This document shows positions 13,590-26,620 of a stretch of 64,000 nucleotides of DNA, one piece after another. This stretch comes from Octopus vulgaris. Its lineage: Eukaryota. Position 1 is the first letter of the stretch. Every line of letters starts with the position of its first letter. The position numbers and the translations under genes are program-made. Where the stretch lies: the NCBI GenBank assembly GCA_951406725.2, contig OX597814.1, positions 13,702,001 to 13,766,000 of the forward strand, written 5' to 3'. The notes under the pieces were generated by a model. That model searched no databases and was not told the origin of the DNA. It saw nothing but the letters and a program-made list of their open reading frames with translations.

Positions 13590-14465
13590 TTCTGTCTTTT
13601 TTTGTTTGCAGGGTTGTTACCTAACACTTACTACATCATTTCAACAATTTTGATGAAACTTGATACATGAGTAGAATTCATGTCTGTAAACCTCATGGTA
13701 TACTCAGATTCTTGAAAAATTGGATAATAGGGTCCCTGGAAGGAATCCTTATATATATATATATAATATATTCTATTTTAAAACCAACGGAAATAATACC
13801 CATTCGCCCCTGGATGGGATCCTTATATATAGCCAAGGGAAACAACCCGTCATTTTACTAAATTATTTGCTATAAATCAAATTCAGCATTCTTATTTCTT
13901 ATTATTTTAACTGTCAGAGTAATTTACTCAATTTATCCAGCACACCCCTTAACAAGTAAATAGTATTTCCTAAACAATAGAGCCAATTATTTCGTTCAGA
14001 GAATTATTCACGAATATGACAGCACTAGCGCCCCTGAGGAAACACTTGCGCCTCTGGAACGCACAAAAGCTCCTTTCAGAGTTATTTACTTTGAACTGTT
14101 ATCTCACATCTGATTAGCCTGTTATAACGTAACATGCTTTGTGATTTTAGTATACATACCTTATTAGTATTTACTCCTATGTTCTATATACTCTGGGAAC
14201 GCATTAAAGCCCTTTTCGGGGCTACTTCATTTGAATTCTTACTATCAAGTAATTTCATCTTATTACATAGGGTATTCATAACTTATTGGGAATTACTAAA
14301 CACAACATCCTCTGTAAGACATTTCGGTATCTCCGTAAATATACAATAACTGTTTTAAGGGCTACATACTTTGTATTATTGTTATGGGATTATCGAAACA
14401 ATTATGAGAACGGAACCAAGGGATAAGACCCACTTTCCCGGGATTTACCAGGTACGTCAGCTAGT
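13590..14465 (+). mobile_element. Possible non-autonomous Helitron relic
   Basis: 3'-end-like cccgggatttaccagg hairpin followed by tacgtcagCTAGt (~14437-14465). The upstream motif attttgatgaaacttgatacat resembles non-autonomous Helitron bodies. Boundaries are uncertain. Confidence 0.3.
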
Positions 14466-15496
14466 TGATATATAAACCGAATGAATTATTTTGTATCTTA
14501 CATCGTTTTGAAAGGATATACTACCTATTCAAATAAATCAATTCCACATAGAGAATTTAAATTAAAATGTCATCATAACCAAGAATGTTGCCTACATAAC
14601 AGTGGAGTGGTGGAGGCTGAGAAACATTTACTCTCTCATTATTAGTTTCCTATTCTACTACATACAATCTGGAGTAAGAATTGGATTTTAAAATCTTGCC
14701 GATATAGCGTATATTTATGCTTCTAAATTAGTAGTCGGTTTATATTTGGATAGATATACACACATATACATATGTTTGTATATATATGTAAATAAGCACA
14801 TTCATACGTCCAGCTATTCATTAATCTATCGATGTATACATACATGCATATGCACACACATCCACACACACACACACAAACACACACACACGCACATTGA
14901 TTATTTGCAAACAATTTGGTGATACAAGAACGAATTGTTGAAAACTGCTTACGAGACACAAGCATGATAAAATGCGCCAACCCCACAGACACAAGTACTC
15001 TAGGTAATGCAGGTGCAACAGGGACCATATAACGGTCGCTTTCTTCGCCGCTATGGATATCATCTATACTCACTGGGTTTCCTCAGGTCAGACGGTCAAT
15101 AATGAGAACTTCTTAAAGATTGTAAGGGTGTTCTAGAATAGATTTCCTAGCGAAAAGAAGAAGCTCTTTTTAAGGGTTGGTCGCAACTGCAGCAGGATTA
15201 TGAACGTGTACCCAATTCCAGCCTAGTCCCCAAGCACTTGACAGAGATGGGCATTAAAATTATCCCACACTATACTCCATACTTTGCTCCCTGTAAATTT
15301 TAGTTGCTTCAAATCTGAAGGAAAAACTGAAGGGCAATAATTTCGAATGCCTTGAAAAGATGAAAGATAGTTTGATGCTTACATTTGAGTGACTTGAATG
15401 GTGCATTAACGAAGTGGCCAGGCCCTTTCTACAAGTACAGCGAAATCATTAGGAGATTAATTTTGTAGAGATGTGTAGGATCCTACTTAGAAAACG

Positions 15497-15551
<55 letters not shown>

Positions 15552-16006
15552 TATTTAGAGATAGAAGTCCCCATGGAATTCATCAAATCCTAGCAAGTAT
15601 GTGGTAATGTAATTATCTTCGCCGAGCCTTGCGACATTACGCTGAACTTAGCACGTATTATGACCATGTTATACAACGGTAGATTGAACATACATATTTT
15701 GTACGATATTTTACGCCATTTGTTACGTTGTTTTTACGTTATTACGCTCTACTTTTTACATTGTAACTTATGATTATTATATTTTATCATTTGTACATTT
15801 TTTTCATGGTAGATTTTGTTATATATCTTTATACATATATATATATATATATATATAAACAACTTATAAATAAGGGCAAACGAAAAAATTTCTAATGCCA
15901 AATATGCCGAAATTAGACACCTTGTCCATAACCATATAATTTTTCACAATACGCACACTACTCAAAAAAGATCGACAGAAATTTCTAAAAAATTCCATTA
16001 TTACCA

Positions 16007-16059
16007 TATCGGACCGATTTCAGGGTTAGTTCATAAGAACCCTCCCATCGTCAGTGATA
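16007..16059 (-). ncRNA. Hammerhead-like motif (degenerate stems)
   Basis: Minus strand: tatca CTGACGA tggg-agggtt...aaccct GAAA tcgg TC cgata. The core is intact but the stems are imperfect. Confidence 0.55.
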
Positions 16060-16683
16060 AATGTAGCAAAGATGAGATACTTACTCATACCCGTGGAAGA
16101 AGCAAAACACTAAGTCATGAGCACACACACACATATATATCTATATATTCATTTTGTCATTCATTTGTATTTGTTTACGTCGACTTTTAACTATAGTTTT
16201 TTTCGAATATATATTTCTTAGTCTCTGTTTATTTCATCATTACTATATCATATATATTTCTTTATTATATCATCACTATTATACATTCTTTTCATTTTAT
16301 ATTACAATTTCCTTCATTCCTACATATTATAAATTTATATGTATGTTTATAGGAATAAGTCACGTTTGGATTAAATTTTGTAAATTTTTAATATTTAATC
16401 AATTAATTTGTGACTTGCACGGAACGGTTTGGCGAATTTATTTGCGCACGCGCTAATTTGCCTGTTAGTTACATTCGTAACTGTTAAAATATTAGTATAT
16501 ATAGAACGAGTTATTGAATTATTAGAAAGTTATGAAAAGTCTTCATGATTGGGGTTACATGTTTCTGAAAAAGACTGTGTTTCCAGGGAACGTTAAACGC
16601 ACCTCATGAAACACGTGTAGGAAAGAAATTTGGAACTGATATAGTAAGTATTAAAATAAAATACTATGATATGGTGTGATGTA

Positions 16684-17097
16684 TACTCTTTACTCTTTTA
16701 CTCTTTTACTTGTTTCAGTCATTTGACTGCGGCCATGCTGGAGCACCGCCTTTAGTCGAGCAAATCGACCCCGGGACTTATTCTTTGTAAGCCCAGTACT
16801 TATTCTATCGGTCTCTTTTGCCGAACCGCTAAGTGACGGGGACGTAAACACACACCAGCATCGGTTGTCAAGCAATGCTAGGGGGACAAACACAGACACA
16901 CAAACATACACACATATATATATATACATATATACGACAGGCTTCTTTCAGTTTCCGTCTACCAAATCCACTCACAAGGCATTGGTCGGCCCGCGGCTAT
17001 AGCAGAAGACACTTGCCCAAGATGCCACGCAGTGGGATTGAACCCAGAACCATGTGGTTGGTTAGCAAGCTACTTACCACACAGCCACTCCTGCGCC
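16684..17097 (-). mobile_element. SINE family A, full length
   Basis: Near-identical to the 5406 and 25676 copies. Confidence 0.92.
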
Positions 17098-17893
17098 TGT
17101 ATATTAGGATTTCATGAATTGCAGGGGGACTTCTATCTCTAAATTACCTATATTTCCTTATCGAGAATAATTCAATTTATGTGAATCCCCGTAACGCCGG
17201 GATTTTTCTTCCCTAACAAATAACAAAATATATATATATATGGGGGTGTTTGGGTGGGTGTGCGTGCGTGTGTGTGTTCTAAATTACAACAAGAAGTCAA
17301 AGGTTTTCATTATACTACTCGAAGTTTCAAATGCCGAAGAGAAGAGCTACGATATATTCTTGTCTGCTACTAATGGCAACAGACGCTACGAAAAACCATT
17401 AAATATATGGAAGTAACTCTGATTGGTGGGAAAAGATTAAAAAATATTTATAAAATATATATATGTACAAAAATATACGCAACCAAAATCTCACAATACT
17501 TAGATATAAATCCCTTGCGATCGCAACGTCTACATACCTACAGATTCACAGAAACAGTTGTAAGTACATGCAGACACACGCACAAACATAAGCATATATG
17601 TATGTATGTACTTATACATACATACATATCCACAATCACACGCACACATATCGCACATATATATATGTATACACACATATATATATACACCCTCCCCTTA
17701 CACATCTACAATCGCACATGTACAAATATATACATATACACATGCAGACATATATACACACACACATAATATATATATATATATAAATAGATGAGTGAAT
17801 GTGTATATATGTCTGTATTGAATATGTATATATTTGTACATGTGCGAGTGTAGATGTGTAAGGAGGGTATATATATATATGTTTGAATATACA

Positions 17894-17933
<40 letters not shown>

Positions 17934-18114
17934 AATAGATGAATGTATTTTTACCTTGTTAACAATTAACACGGAAAAATAAATAAATAGTTAAAATATT
18001 AGTATATATAGAAAAAGTTATTCAATTATTAAAAAGTTATGAAAAGTCTTGAAGACATGTTTCTGAAAAAAACTGAGTTTTTAGGGAACGTTATTGACGA
18101 GTTTCGTTTTTTTC

Positions 18115-18200
18115 ACTTTCCTGAGGAGAAGATTGCATTGTTTATACCATTTATTCTTTTGAATAGTATAAGTGGAATTTTCGAAACATGTGTCGAAAGT
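18115..18200 (+). ncRNA. Type-I hammerhead ribozyme, intact core and stems
   Basis: actttc CTGAGGA(18121-27) gaagatt...aattttc GAAA(18183-86) catgtg TC gaaagt. Stem I is a perfect 6 bp, stem II is long and closed by G10.1-C11.1, stem III is minimal, and the triplet is GUC. Confidence 0.85.
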
Positions 18201-18239
18201 AAAAATATTTGATTACACCTGCGTTAACTCCATTTTTTA

Positions 18240-18284
<45 letters not shown>

Positions 18285-18551
18285 TATTTAAAGAGGGAGA
18301 TAAATTAATATTAATTTTAATATCAATTTAAAACCAGTAGTCCAGCATTCAAAAAATCTGAGGAGTCAGAGAAAATTCAAATATATGTGTATATTGGCAG
18401 GGCTGGCCTGCTAGGTAGCCGGCCAGAATGCTAGAAATAGATTATCAACGATCAAACTACAAGGGAAATTCTCTAGAGGAAGAATTCAGCGAACACCAGA
18501 ACCAAATTTGGCGGGCAGGACATATGAAAAATTAAATAAAAAACAGACTTA

Positions 18552-18627
18552 AATGCATACCTCGGTTTCGGTCTTAACAAAAGAATTACTTGCATAATTC
18601 AAGTGTCCGTGACTTCTTCAGTACATT
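18552..18627 (-). ncRNA. Hammerhead motif (antisense twin of 18963-19038)
   Basis: Reverse complement of the + copy. Confidence 0.7.
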
Positions 18628-18962
18628 CGGTCCTCGAGATGCAAACTGAAAGACTAACCCCAGCTCTCTGTGTCAAGACAGACACGTGCTTAGTCTTACT
18701 GATTACATCGGGAATAAAATTTCAAATGTCTTGGTTCCGGCGCGCTAAGAGACTCCTGAAGTGAAGGGCTGCAGTGAATAATTCACTGCGGGTAAAGCTT
18801 ACTACTAGGGAACGTATTTATTTAAATATTTAAAAATTGAGGGAGATAAATTAATATTAATTTTAATATCAATTTAAAACCAGTAGTCCAGCATTCAAAA
18901 AATCTGAGGAGTCAGAGAAAATTCAAATGGGGTTAGTCTTGCGGTTTGCATCTCGAGGACCG

Positions 18963-19038
18963 AATGTACTGAAGAAGTCACGGACACTTGAATTATGCAA
19001 GTAATTCTTTTGTTAAGACCGAAACCGAGGTATGCATT
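18963..19038 (+). ncRNA. Type-I hammerhead motif
   Basis: aatgta CTGAAGA agtc...gacc GAAA ccgagg TA tgcatt. Stem I is 6 bp, the base of stem II has an A-C mismatch, and the triplet is GUA. Confidence 0.7.
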
Positions 19039-19195
19039 TAAGTCTGTTTTTTATTTAATTTTTCATATGTCCTGCCCGCCAACTTTGGTTCTGGTGTTCG
19101 CTGAATTCTTCCTCTAGAGAATTTCCCTTGTAGTTTGATCGTTGATGATCTATTTCTAGCATTCTGGCCGGCTACCTAGCAGGCCAGCCCTGCCA

Positions 19196-19281
<86 letters not shown>

Positions 19282-20996
19282 AAAGGTTTGGAGATGATGT
19301 ACAGGTATTTTATATTAGAAGAAATGAGTTACTCAGAAATTAGGATGGTTTTATATTTACAGATATTTATTTGTATATTACACGTTTTTATACATCATAT
19401 AACTTATATCATATATATTAGCCCTTTCGTCCATTCTTGTGGAGTTTTCAAATTGAACTAAGCTACAGTGGAACACTTTTGACCATTTTATAGTGTTATT
19501 GAGTGTGTAGTGGTGGGGAGGGCTATAAGATTGTATAAGAGGGTGATGAATGGGGAGAAAGAGAGAGAGAGCGTGCGTGTGTGTGTGTGTGTTAGTGAGC
19601 GTGTGTGTGCGCGTGTGTGTATGTTTGTATCTGAGTTGTTAAAAAAAATGAAGGGGAAGAAGAAAAGTGCGAGGGGGAAGAAGAAAAAAATGTTTTGGTG
19701 GTTTCTTTTGTAGTTGGTCAGGATGTTTACTCCAATGTGGGTCTAAGATCTTGGGGAAAACAGATTGACCATCTTTATAGTGTTATCGAGTGTTGGTTGG
19801 TTGGGAGGGATATAAAATAGTACAAGAGGGTGATGAATGGGGAGAAAGTGAGAGAGAGCATGTGTGTGCTTGTGTGTGTGTGTGTGTGTTTGTATGTATA
19901 TATATATATATGCATATACATAAACACGTACACACTAACACAATTTAAAAGATTTATGGAAGACATATTGGAAACTTTGTGCAGGAGTATAATAGAAATG
20001 TGGATGGTAGCCGTGCTCTTAGAGAGCCCCAAACCTTAACAGGTATTTTGTGACATATGTACATGAACCAAAGATCTCAGTTCTTGAATTTAAACATGTA
20101 ACAGCGTCGAAGGATTTTTTGCAGATGAGGCATATTTCCATATTACAAAGACCACACTTGCCACTAACGTTGATATAAGGTTTACACTTGGCTAAGAGCT
20201 TCCAGTAAATTCTGTAGTTGACACCTTGTTCTTTTGAGAACCATATGTACCTGGGTAATTTGGTAGTCTTTCGTCTATTCCAGTGTCTGAAGCTTAAGGT
20301 GTGATTATTTTTTCTTGCTTTGAAAATACTCTCTGTGACATCCATATATCTCTTGGATGTAACTGTATTATTATCGTTCATGGAATTTACCGTGGCTTTA
20401 TACATAATGGTCTTGGTCATACAGGCTCAATTTAGTGGACACAGGTCTTTATCTCTGCAGGGACAGCCGGAATCGTGGTTTTGTGTTGTATTTTGGGTAA
20501 TTATACTTTTAAAGTTTGGGGTGGAACTAAAGCTAATTTTTAAGTTATGTCTATTAAAGAGTTTTCTATATTTGCGATGTATTGGAAAATGTCTATCTAT
20601 AAGTGACAAGAAATATTTACCAATATGAAAGGGTTCTTTGCGGGTAGTAAGCGGTACGAAACAGGAAATTTTCCCGTCTCTATGTTTACTTTTCTTTATT
20701 TCTGGACTAATAATAGGGCTGTAACCTATTTCCATGTTAAATCTACCGGCTTTAAGTGTATTGTTATGTAGTAGGGCAGCATTATTAAATATGTTTATAC
20801 TGGCGGAGAGACTAGAAATTATCCTACTAATATTCTTATCTAAATTCTTAAACACTGTCGTTGGGCTACTTAAAGGGATTGTAAATATCCTTTTGTAAAT
20901 CTAGAGATATGTCAAGAGAATAGACAACTGTCAGGTTGGTATCCATTTTTACGCTAATATCGAATGTTTTAATAAATCGGTTAATATCCTAACAGT

Positions 20997-21362
20997 GGAG
21001 GCGCAATGGCCCAGTGGTTAGGGCAGCGAACTCGCGGTCGTTGCGATTCCCAGACCGGGCGTTGTGAGTGTTTATTGAGTGAAAACACCTAAAGCTCTAC
21101 GAGGCTCCGGCAGGGATGGTGGTGATCCCTGCTGTACTCTTTCACCACAACTTTCTCTTACTTCCTGTTTCTGTTGTACCTTGTATTTCAAAGGGCCGGC
21201 CCTGTCACTCTCTGTGTCACGCTGAATATCCCCGAGAATTACGTTAAGAGTACAGGGTCTGTGGAGTGCTCAGCCACTTACACGTTAATTTCACGAGCAG
21301 GCTGTTCCGTTGGTCGGATCAACCGAAACCCTCGTCGTCGTAACAGACGGAGTGCTTCCACC
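20997..21362 (+). mobile_element. SINE family B variant (head B + tail 2)
   Basis: Head matches 2535 and the 3' half matches 59351. TSD aatatcctaac at 20983-20993 and 21363-21373. Confidence 0.9.
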
Positions 21363-21635
21363 AATATCCTAACTTAACTGACCTTGCGCTGGTCCATTGG
21401 TATTCTTAGTTAAAGCTAGAGCATCGGCCATATAAACAGCGAAATGCTTTTCCTAACGTGTATGGTGTCTTAACCCACTCTGCATTCTCGCCGAGGAGTA
21501 ATGTCTTTCTAGCATGGAAGATTATATCATTATCTTTTTCACTAATCTCTGTAAAATCACATGCGAAAGTGAGGGCTTTATCTAGTTGTTCTTTAGAAAT
21601 AAATGCATAGAAATCTACAATATCTACAATATGTA

Positions 21636-22051
21636 AGGCGGCGCGCTGGCAGAATCGTTAGCACGCCGGGCGAAATGCTTAGCAATATTTCGTCTGCCGC
21701 TACGTTCTGAGTTCAAATTTCGCCGAGGTCGACTTTGCTTTTCATCATTACGGGGTCGATTAAATAAGTACCAGTTACGCACTGGGGTCGATATAATCGA
21801 TTTAATCCGTTTCTCTGTCATTGTGTATCCTCTCTGTGTTTAGCCCCTTGTTGATAATAAAGAAATAGATATTTCGTCTGCCGCTACGTTCCGAGTTCAA
21901 ATTCCGCCGAGGTAGATTTGGCTTTTCATCCTTTCGAGGTCAATTAAATTTGTACCAGTTATAAACCGGGGTCAATATAATCGACTTAATCCATTTGTCT
22001 GTCCTTGTTTGTCCACTCTGTGTGTAACCCCTTGAGGGCAATAAAAAAAAA
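21636..22051 (+). mobile_element. SINE family C (Meta/MESC-like core), partial tandem dimer
   Basis: AAGGCGGCGCGCTGGCAGAATCGTTAG head and GTCGACTTTGCCTTTCATCC..GGTCGA..AAGTACCAG core, with the body repeated twice. TSD agaaatctacaatatc at 21609-21624 and 22052-22067. Confidence 0.88.
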
Positions 22052-22252
22052 AGAAATCTACAATATCAAATTCTGTAAACATGGCTTAAAGCTTATTTTT
22101 AATTGCTTGAGACCAGTTAACATCTTCTTATACTATTGGACCATTATACTAAATTAGTTGCCCCTCTAAATTTAGCACTATTTTCTTTTAATGTTCTTTC
22201 AAATTAGGCCAATTTCTGATTTTGCAAGGGTAGTTAGGCTATTTGTTCCGTG

Positions 22253-22343
<91 letters not shown>

Positions 22344-22419
22344 ATATATAATCATCTATTTGACTAATACCGATGTCTCATTCTTTTCTTGTTACATTAT
22401 ATTATTATTATCATTATAA

Positions 22420-22471
<52 letters not shown>

Positions 22472-22755
22472 ATTATTATTATTATTATTATTAATATTAT
22501 TGTTGTTGTTGTTGTTGTTTTACATATATATATATATGTATGCGTTTGTGTATGTAGGTATGTAAGTATATAAAGTGTATATGATAAAGGCACACGAATG
22601 CCCTTAGCATATGAATTTTAAATATATGGCTATACAATGCTACTTTAGGCCTGCAGCCACATATATTATTATTGGTGTTATCAATTATTTATATTGCACT
22701 CGATAATAAAAGCAATAATAATATCTATATAAATATTCACTCTTGAATATTCGTA

Positions 22756-22808
<53 letters not shown>

Positions 22809-23372
22809 CATATAAATCTATACCAAGAAATATATATGGTATTAGTTTAATATCAGGAGCACATAAACTTCCTTATACATGGGAAATTGCACATATAATA
22901 TTTCATATACGATAGAGTGATGCATAAAATAAATTTCTATATATCCTGCATAAAATATCATGAAGTATCAAATATGTTCATACTCGAACACACAGAGAAT
23001 AAATATTCATGTTCATATATAAGTACACACTTTCTTAATATACAGCAAAACATATATGCTATTGTGTCCATATATACATGTATTTGTGCATGTAACTTAC
23101 CGACGTTGAACAAATTTCTTGAGACCCAAATTTTATTAAGAGGAACCTTGATCAAATGAAAATCCTTTCCTACTTTAAAGAGAGTACAATACAAAACTTA
23201 GTGTTCAGATGCTTCATAAATACCCTGTTTGTTGTGATAACATTTTTATTAAATATCTATATTGGAGTCGGTATTAATAGTTTCGAATTCTATGTGTAAC
23301 AGGTAGATCTGTACTGGACTACAATATCACCTAAATGCCTATTTTACTACCATCATAAAATAATTGAAAACC

Positions 23373-24570
23373 ATGGATCAACGCAAATGACTCAGAAAGA
23401 GATAACAGTTTTATATAATTATTCTGTACTTGGTCTGTAACCTCTTCATTAGATGAGATTCTTTTTCATAATGTGTTTCTTTGCCAATAAATTTAAAGCA
23501 ATTGAATCGTATTCTTCGTGTAATAGAATGTAAACTTCAAATCTATATCATCCTGAGCAGTTTGCTAATTAGCAATATAGTGATGACAATTTCATTAATA
23601 ACAAAAGTGATGAATGGATTATTTTCACATACAATAATAATTTCCTTATTGTCAATAACAGTATAATATATGTACCAAGGATTCAATCATTGATACTAAT
23701 TTCCGTTGTCTGTGTTTTGCATGACTTCAACAAAAAGCTCACAGCACTTTTATCCTTCGGAAAGTAATCTTTGTTAACGATCAGTTAGTTCACCCACGTT
23801 CAGATGGTTTAAAGCGTGTTACAGGCACCCACTTCTGCTCTCTTGCGTGTAAGGATTTTTTTTCGTACGAGGCATGATAGAATTAAAGTAACTTGGAATC
23901 ATTGTACCGTGACATCCTTCAAACAAAGTGGCAGATGTCATCAAACGTTATTGATGGTGAAGTATAGTGTGATTTTTCAGCATTGTTAAGGATGTTAAAA
24001 TGACTTGTGCATCAACATGAGAGGAGCTGTGAAGACAAGATTATGAGTATAGTCTAAATTGGAGAGATACACATTTACCTATGCATTGATCACTGCTGCC
24101 TTGATAGAAAAGACAAGAATTTACTTAAGGATGTAGTACAATACGGTGTCAAAATGAAAAGCAGATAGGTTTTTACCATGATTGATACCAATTGCTTTTG
24201 TATCCTTTTCTACGTTTCATAAAGTTTGATGGTTTTCATTAATGGTGTTACTGGCATTTGGATTCTAATAAAGGATATCATAGTTCTACACTATATGTAA
24301 AATGGTACTATTAATTTTTTTGAAGAAATCCACGGATATTATTCATACACGATTCTATAGACACTGTAGCCTTCTCCAATTCCTCTAACCGTTGACAATT
24401 GAATATGATGAATGGTCCAGTTAACTCCCTTAAGAATTATAGAAAATTCAGAAAGGATTTTAATATAACCGAATTAATCTGAATTCGCCTCATTTATTTC
24501 ACTTTTCTCGAAAGAGATTCATGGTAAATCCAAAGACATATGATAACCAATACCAAGAAGAGAATAACTG
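23373..24570 (+). pseudogene. Possible heavily decayed intronless class-A (rhodopsin-like) GPCR pseudogene
   Basis: Collinear hydrophobic fragments across frameshifts and stops: FFFIMCFFAN (TM1-like), KLQIYIILSSLLISNIVMTISL (TM2-like), TIIISLLSITV*Y (TM3/DRY-like), LIPIAFVSF (TM5-like), LLQFL*PLTI (TM6-like), and N..LIYFTF/SRKRF (TM7-helix 8-like). Recognised by eye only. Confidence 0.4.
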
Positions 24571-25049
24571 AACACGATCTTCTTATCAATTGAGGGTGTC
24601 AGAAAAAAATTGCCATGTGCATCTAAGGTATAATGTATAATAGGCAGAAAGTACAACGAATGGTCATTAATAGAAGTTAGGGAATATGCTTGAGATAAAC
24701 AGCAAGTCAGAATATAGAACAGTTTTGAAAAAATGCAACAGTTATACATAATTATGAATAAAGACATATAAAATAAACATTTTTAAATAGTGCTCAACTC
24801 TTAGTAATCTGAGCGGAGAAAATTTAACTTAAATTGCATACAGAAACGTGCACGCGGACACATACAAATGAACACACATAAACTGAAAGTCAATTACTCA
24901 CATGTGTTTTCCTGGCTCTCGTATCTTTTCCTTATATCTGTCTCCTAGTGCTTTGACTTTAAATACATACTCACATACATATGCATATATATACATAAAT
25001 ATTTACATACATACATACATACATACACACACACATGCAAACGTACATA

Positions 25050-26226
25050 CATGCAGCTTGGATACTTTATAATGAAATCCGTCGGAACGATAACCGCAAG
25101 GCCAAGAAATAAATATGGTAGAAGTCATAGCCACTCATAATAAAAAGGAGTACTGGTGGAATGCCCCAGTGAAAACCTCAATAGAATGTACGAATAGTAA
25201 ACCTGACTTAGTGATTTGGGATAGAGAAGAGAAACTATGCACAATTGCGGAAATTTACTGGCCAGCAGATGTTAACATGTAGCTAAAGATGAGCGAAAAC
25301 GAAAATAACTACGCTGAACTATTGAGTAAACTACAGCTACCATGTCCAGATTACAAGTGTGAGTTTATACCTGCAATTATTCGTGCACTACTATATCTTA
25401 CACAACTGTCTAAAAACTAATCCTGTGAAAGCAGGCTTCTGAAACCCAGAAATTAGAAATCTGATTCGAAATCTAAAGATCCAGGCCATAATTGGAACTG
25501 TAAAAACCCGTAAAAGTTTCCAGAAATTTATCATTTAAGTATATATGAGCATGTCTACACATGAAACTATATGCATGTGAATACATACGTAAAACAAAAC
25601 ATACACATCTACACACATGCATACATACATACTTACATACTTACATATATACATACATACATACATACATTTTTTTACTCTTTTACTCTTTTACTTGTTT
25701 CAGTCATTTGACTGCGGCCATGCTGGAGCACCGCCTTTAGTCGAGCAAATCGACCCCGGGACTTATTCTTTGTAAGCCCAGTACTTATTCTATCGGTCTC
25801 TTTTGTCGAACCGCTAAGTGACGAGGACGTAAACACACCAGCATCGGTTGTCAAGCAATGCTAGGGGGACGAACACAGACACACAAACACACACACGCAT
25901 ACATATATATATATATACATATATATACGACAGGCTTCTTTCAGTTTCTGTCTACCAAATCCACTCACCAGGCATTGGTCGGCCCGGGGCTATAGCAGTA
26001 GACACTTGCCCAAGATGCCACGCAGTGGGAATGAACCCGGAACCATGTGGTTGGTTAGCAAGCTACTTACCACACAGCCACTCCTGCGCCTATACATACA
26101 TACATACATACATACAATAATGACCTGTTAGTGTTGTTGGAATTCCAATGAAGGAGACTTGCAGATAAGCTGGAGAACGGAACTTGCACTATTGGCAAGA
26201 AATCTTGAAATAAAACTGAACAACAA
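25050..26226 (+). mobile_element. REL-endonuclease LINE (R2/R4/NeSL group) 3' fragment with 3'UTR, interrupted by a SINE
   Basis: KEYWWNAPVKTSIECTNSKPDLVIWDREEKLCTIAEI.WPADVN...Y.ELL..LQL..PDYK.EFIP.II.AL is a PD-(D/E)xK REL domain. The 3' boundary past the SINE is tentative. Confidence 0.75.
25676..26090 (-). mobile_element. SINE family A, full length
   Basis: Near-identical to the other family A copies. Inserted in a (TACA)n run. Confidence 0.92.
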
Positions 26227-26550
26227 CATGCATTCAAGTATTGCCAGTGGTGTGTACTCTAACAGTCAATAGTTTGTGAGTGTAAATATATTGCATTCCT
26301 CTTACAACATGAAGAGTTTTTGTTACCTCGAGCAATGTAGGACTTCGGCGATCTTATTGAAAACTTAGAGATGATGAAAATTTATCTTTATGGCATTATA
26401 TTACACCTAGCTGTTTATATTAACTTTTAATATACGCATTAGCATTTCGCTATATCAACCACACATATATACTGGCTGACGTAATTTGCCAAACCATCGA
26501 CCATTTGAGCAATCACTACTGATAATTCCTACAAAATATGCATATATATA

Positions 26551-26614
<64 letters not shown>

Positions 26615-26620
26615 CACATA

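Larger units (their letters stand above)
18281..19205. mobile_element. Non-coding Penelope pLTR-like element with direct plus inverted duplication
   Basis: 18293-18381 is repeated directly at ~18839-18928. 18382-18661 is repeated inverted at ~18929-19205. Flanked by (TA)n and carries hammerhead motifs. Confidence 0.75.
19270..22250 (-). mobile_element. Penelope-like retroelement relic (RT + C-terminal GIY-YIG; Naiad-like), interrupted by two SINEs
   Basis: Minus-strand peptides AKSEIGLI, FDIVDFY..ISKEQLDKALTFA (RT), IGKYFLSLIDRHFP..KLFNRHNLKISFS, CPCRDKDLCPLN and IMYKATV...RYMDVTESIFKAR.NNH.LSF...YIW...CGLC..E...LNSRTE (GIY-YIG). 19270-20018 is 3'UTR/pLTR-like. Confidence 0.9.

Noticed and set aside
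20427-20429. In-frame TGA joining the two Penelope ORFs, as a possible selenocysteine codon (reported for some Naiad elements)
   Set aside because: It falls at the Gly of CPLNG.C rather than at a conserved Cys, so a GGA>TGA mutation in a decayed copy is the simpler explanation.
24519-24767. 82-aa minus-strand ORF with a hydrophobic N-terminus
   Set aside because: No recognisable domain. It overlaps the opposite-strand putative GPCR relic and is probably spurious.
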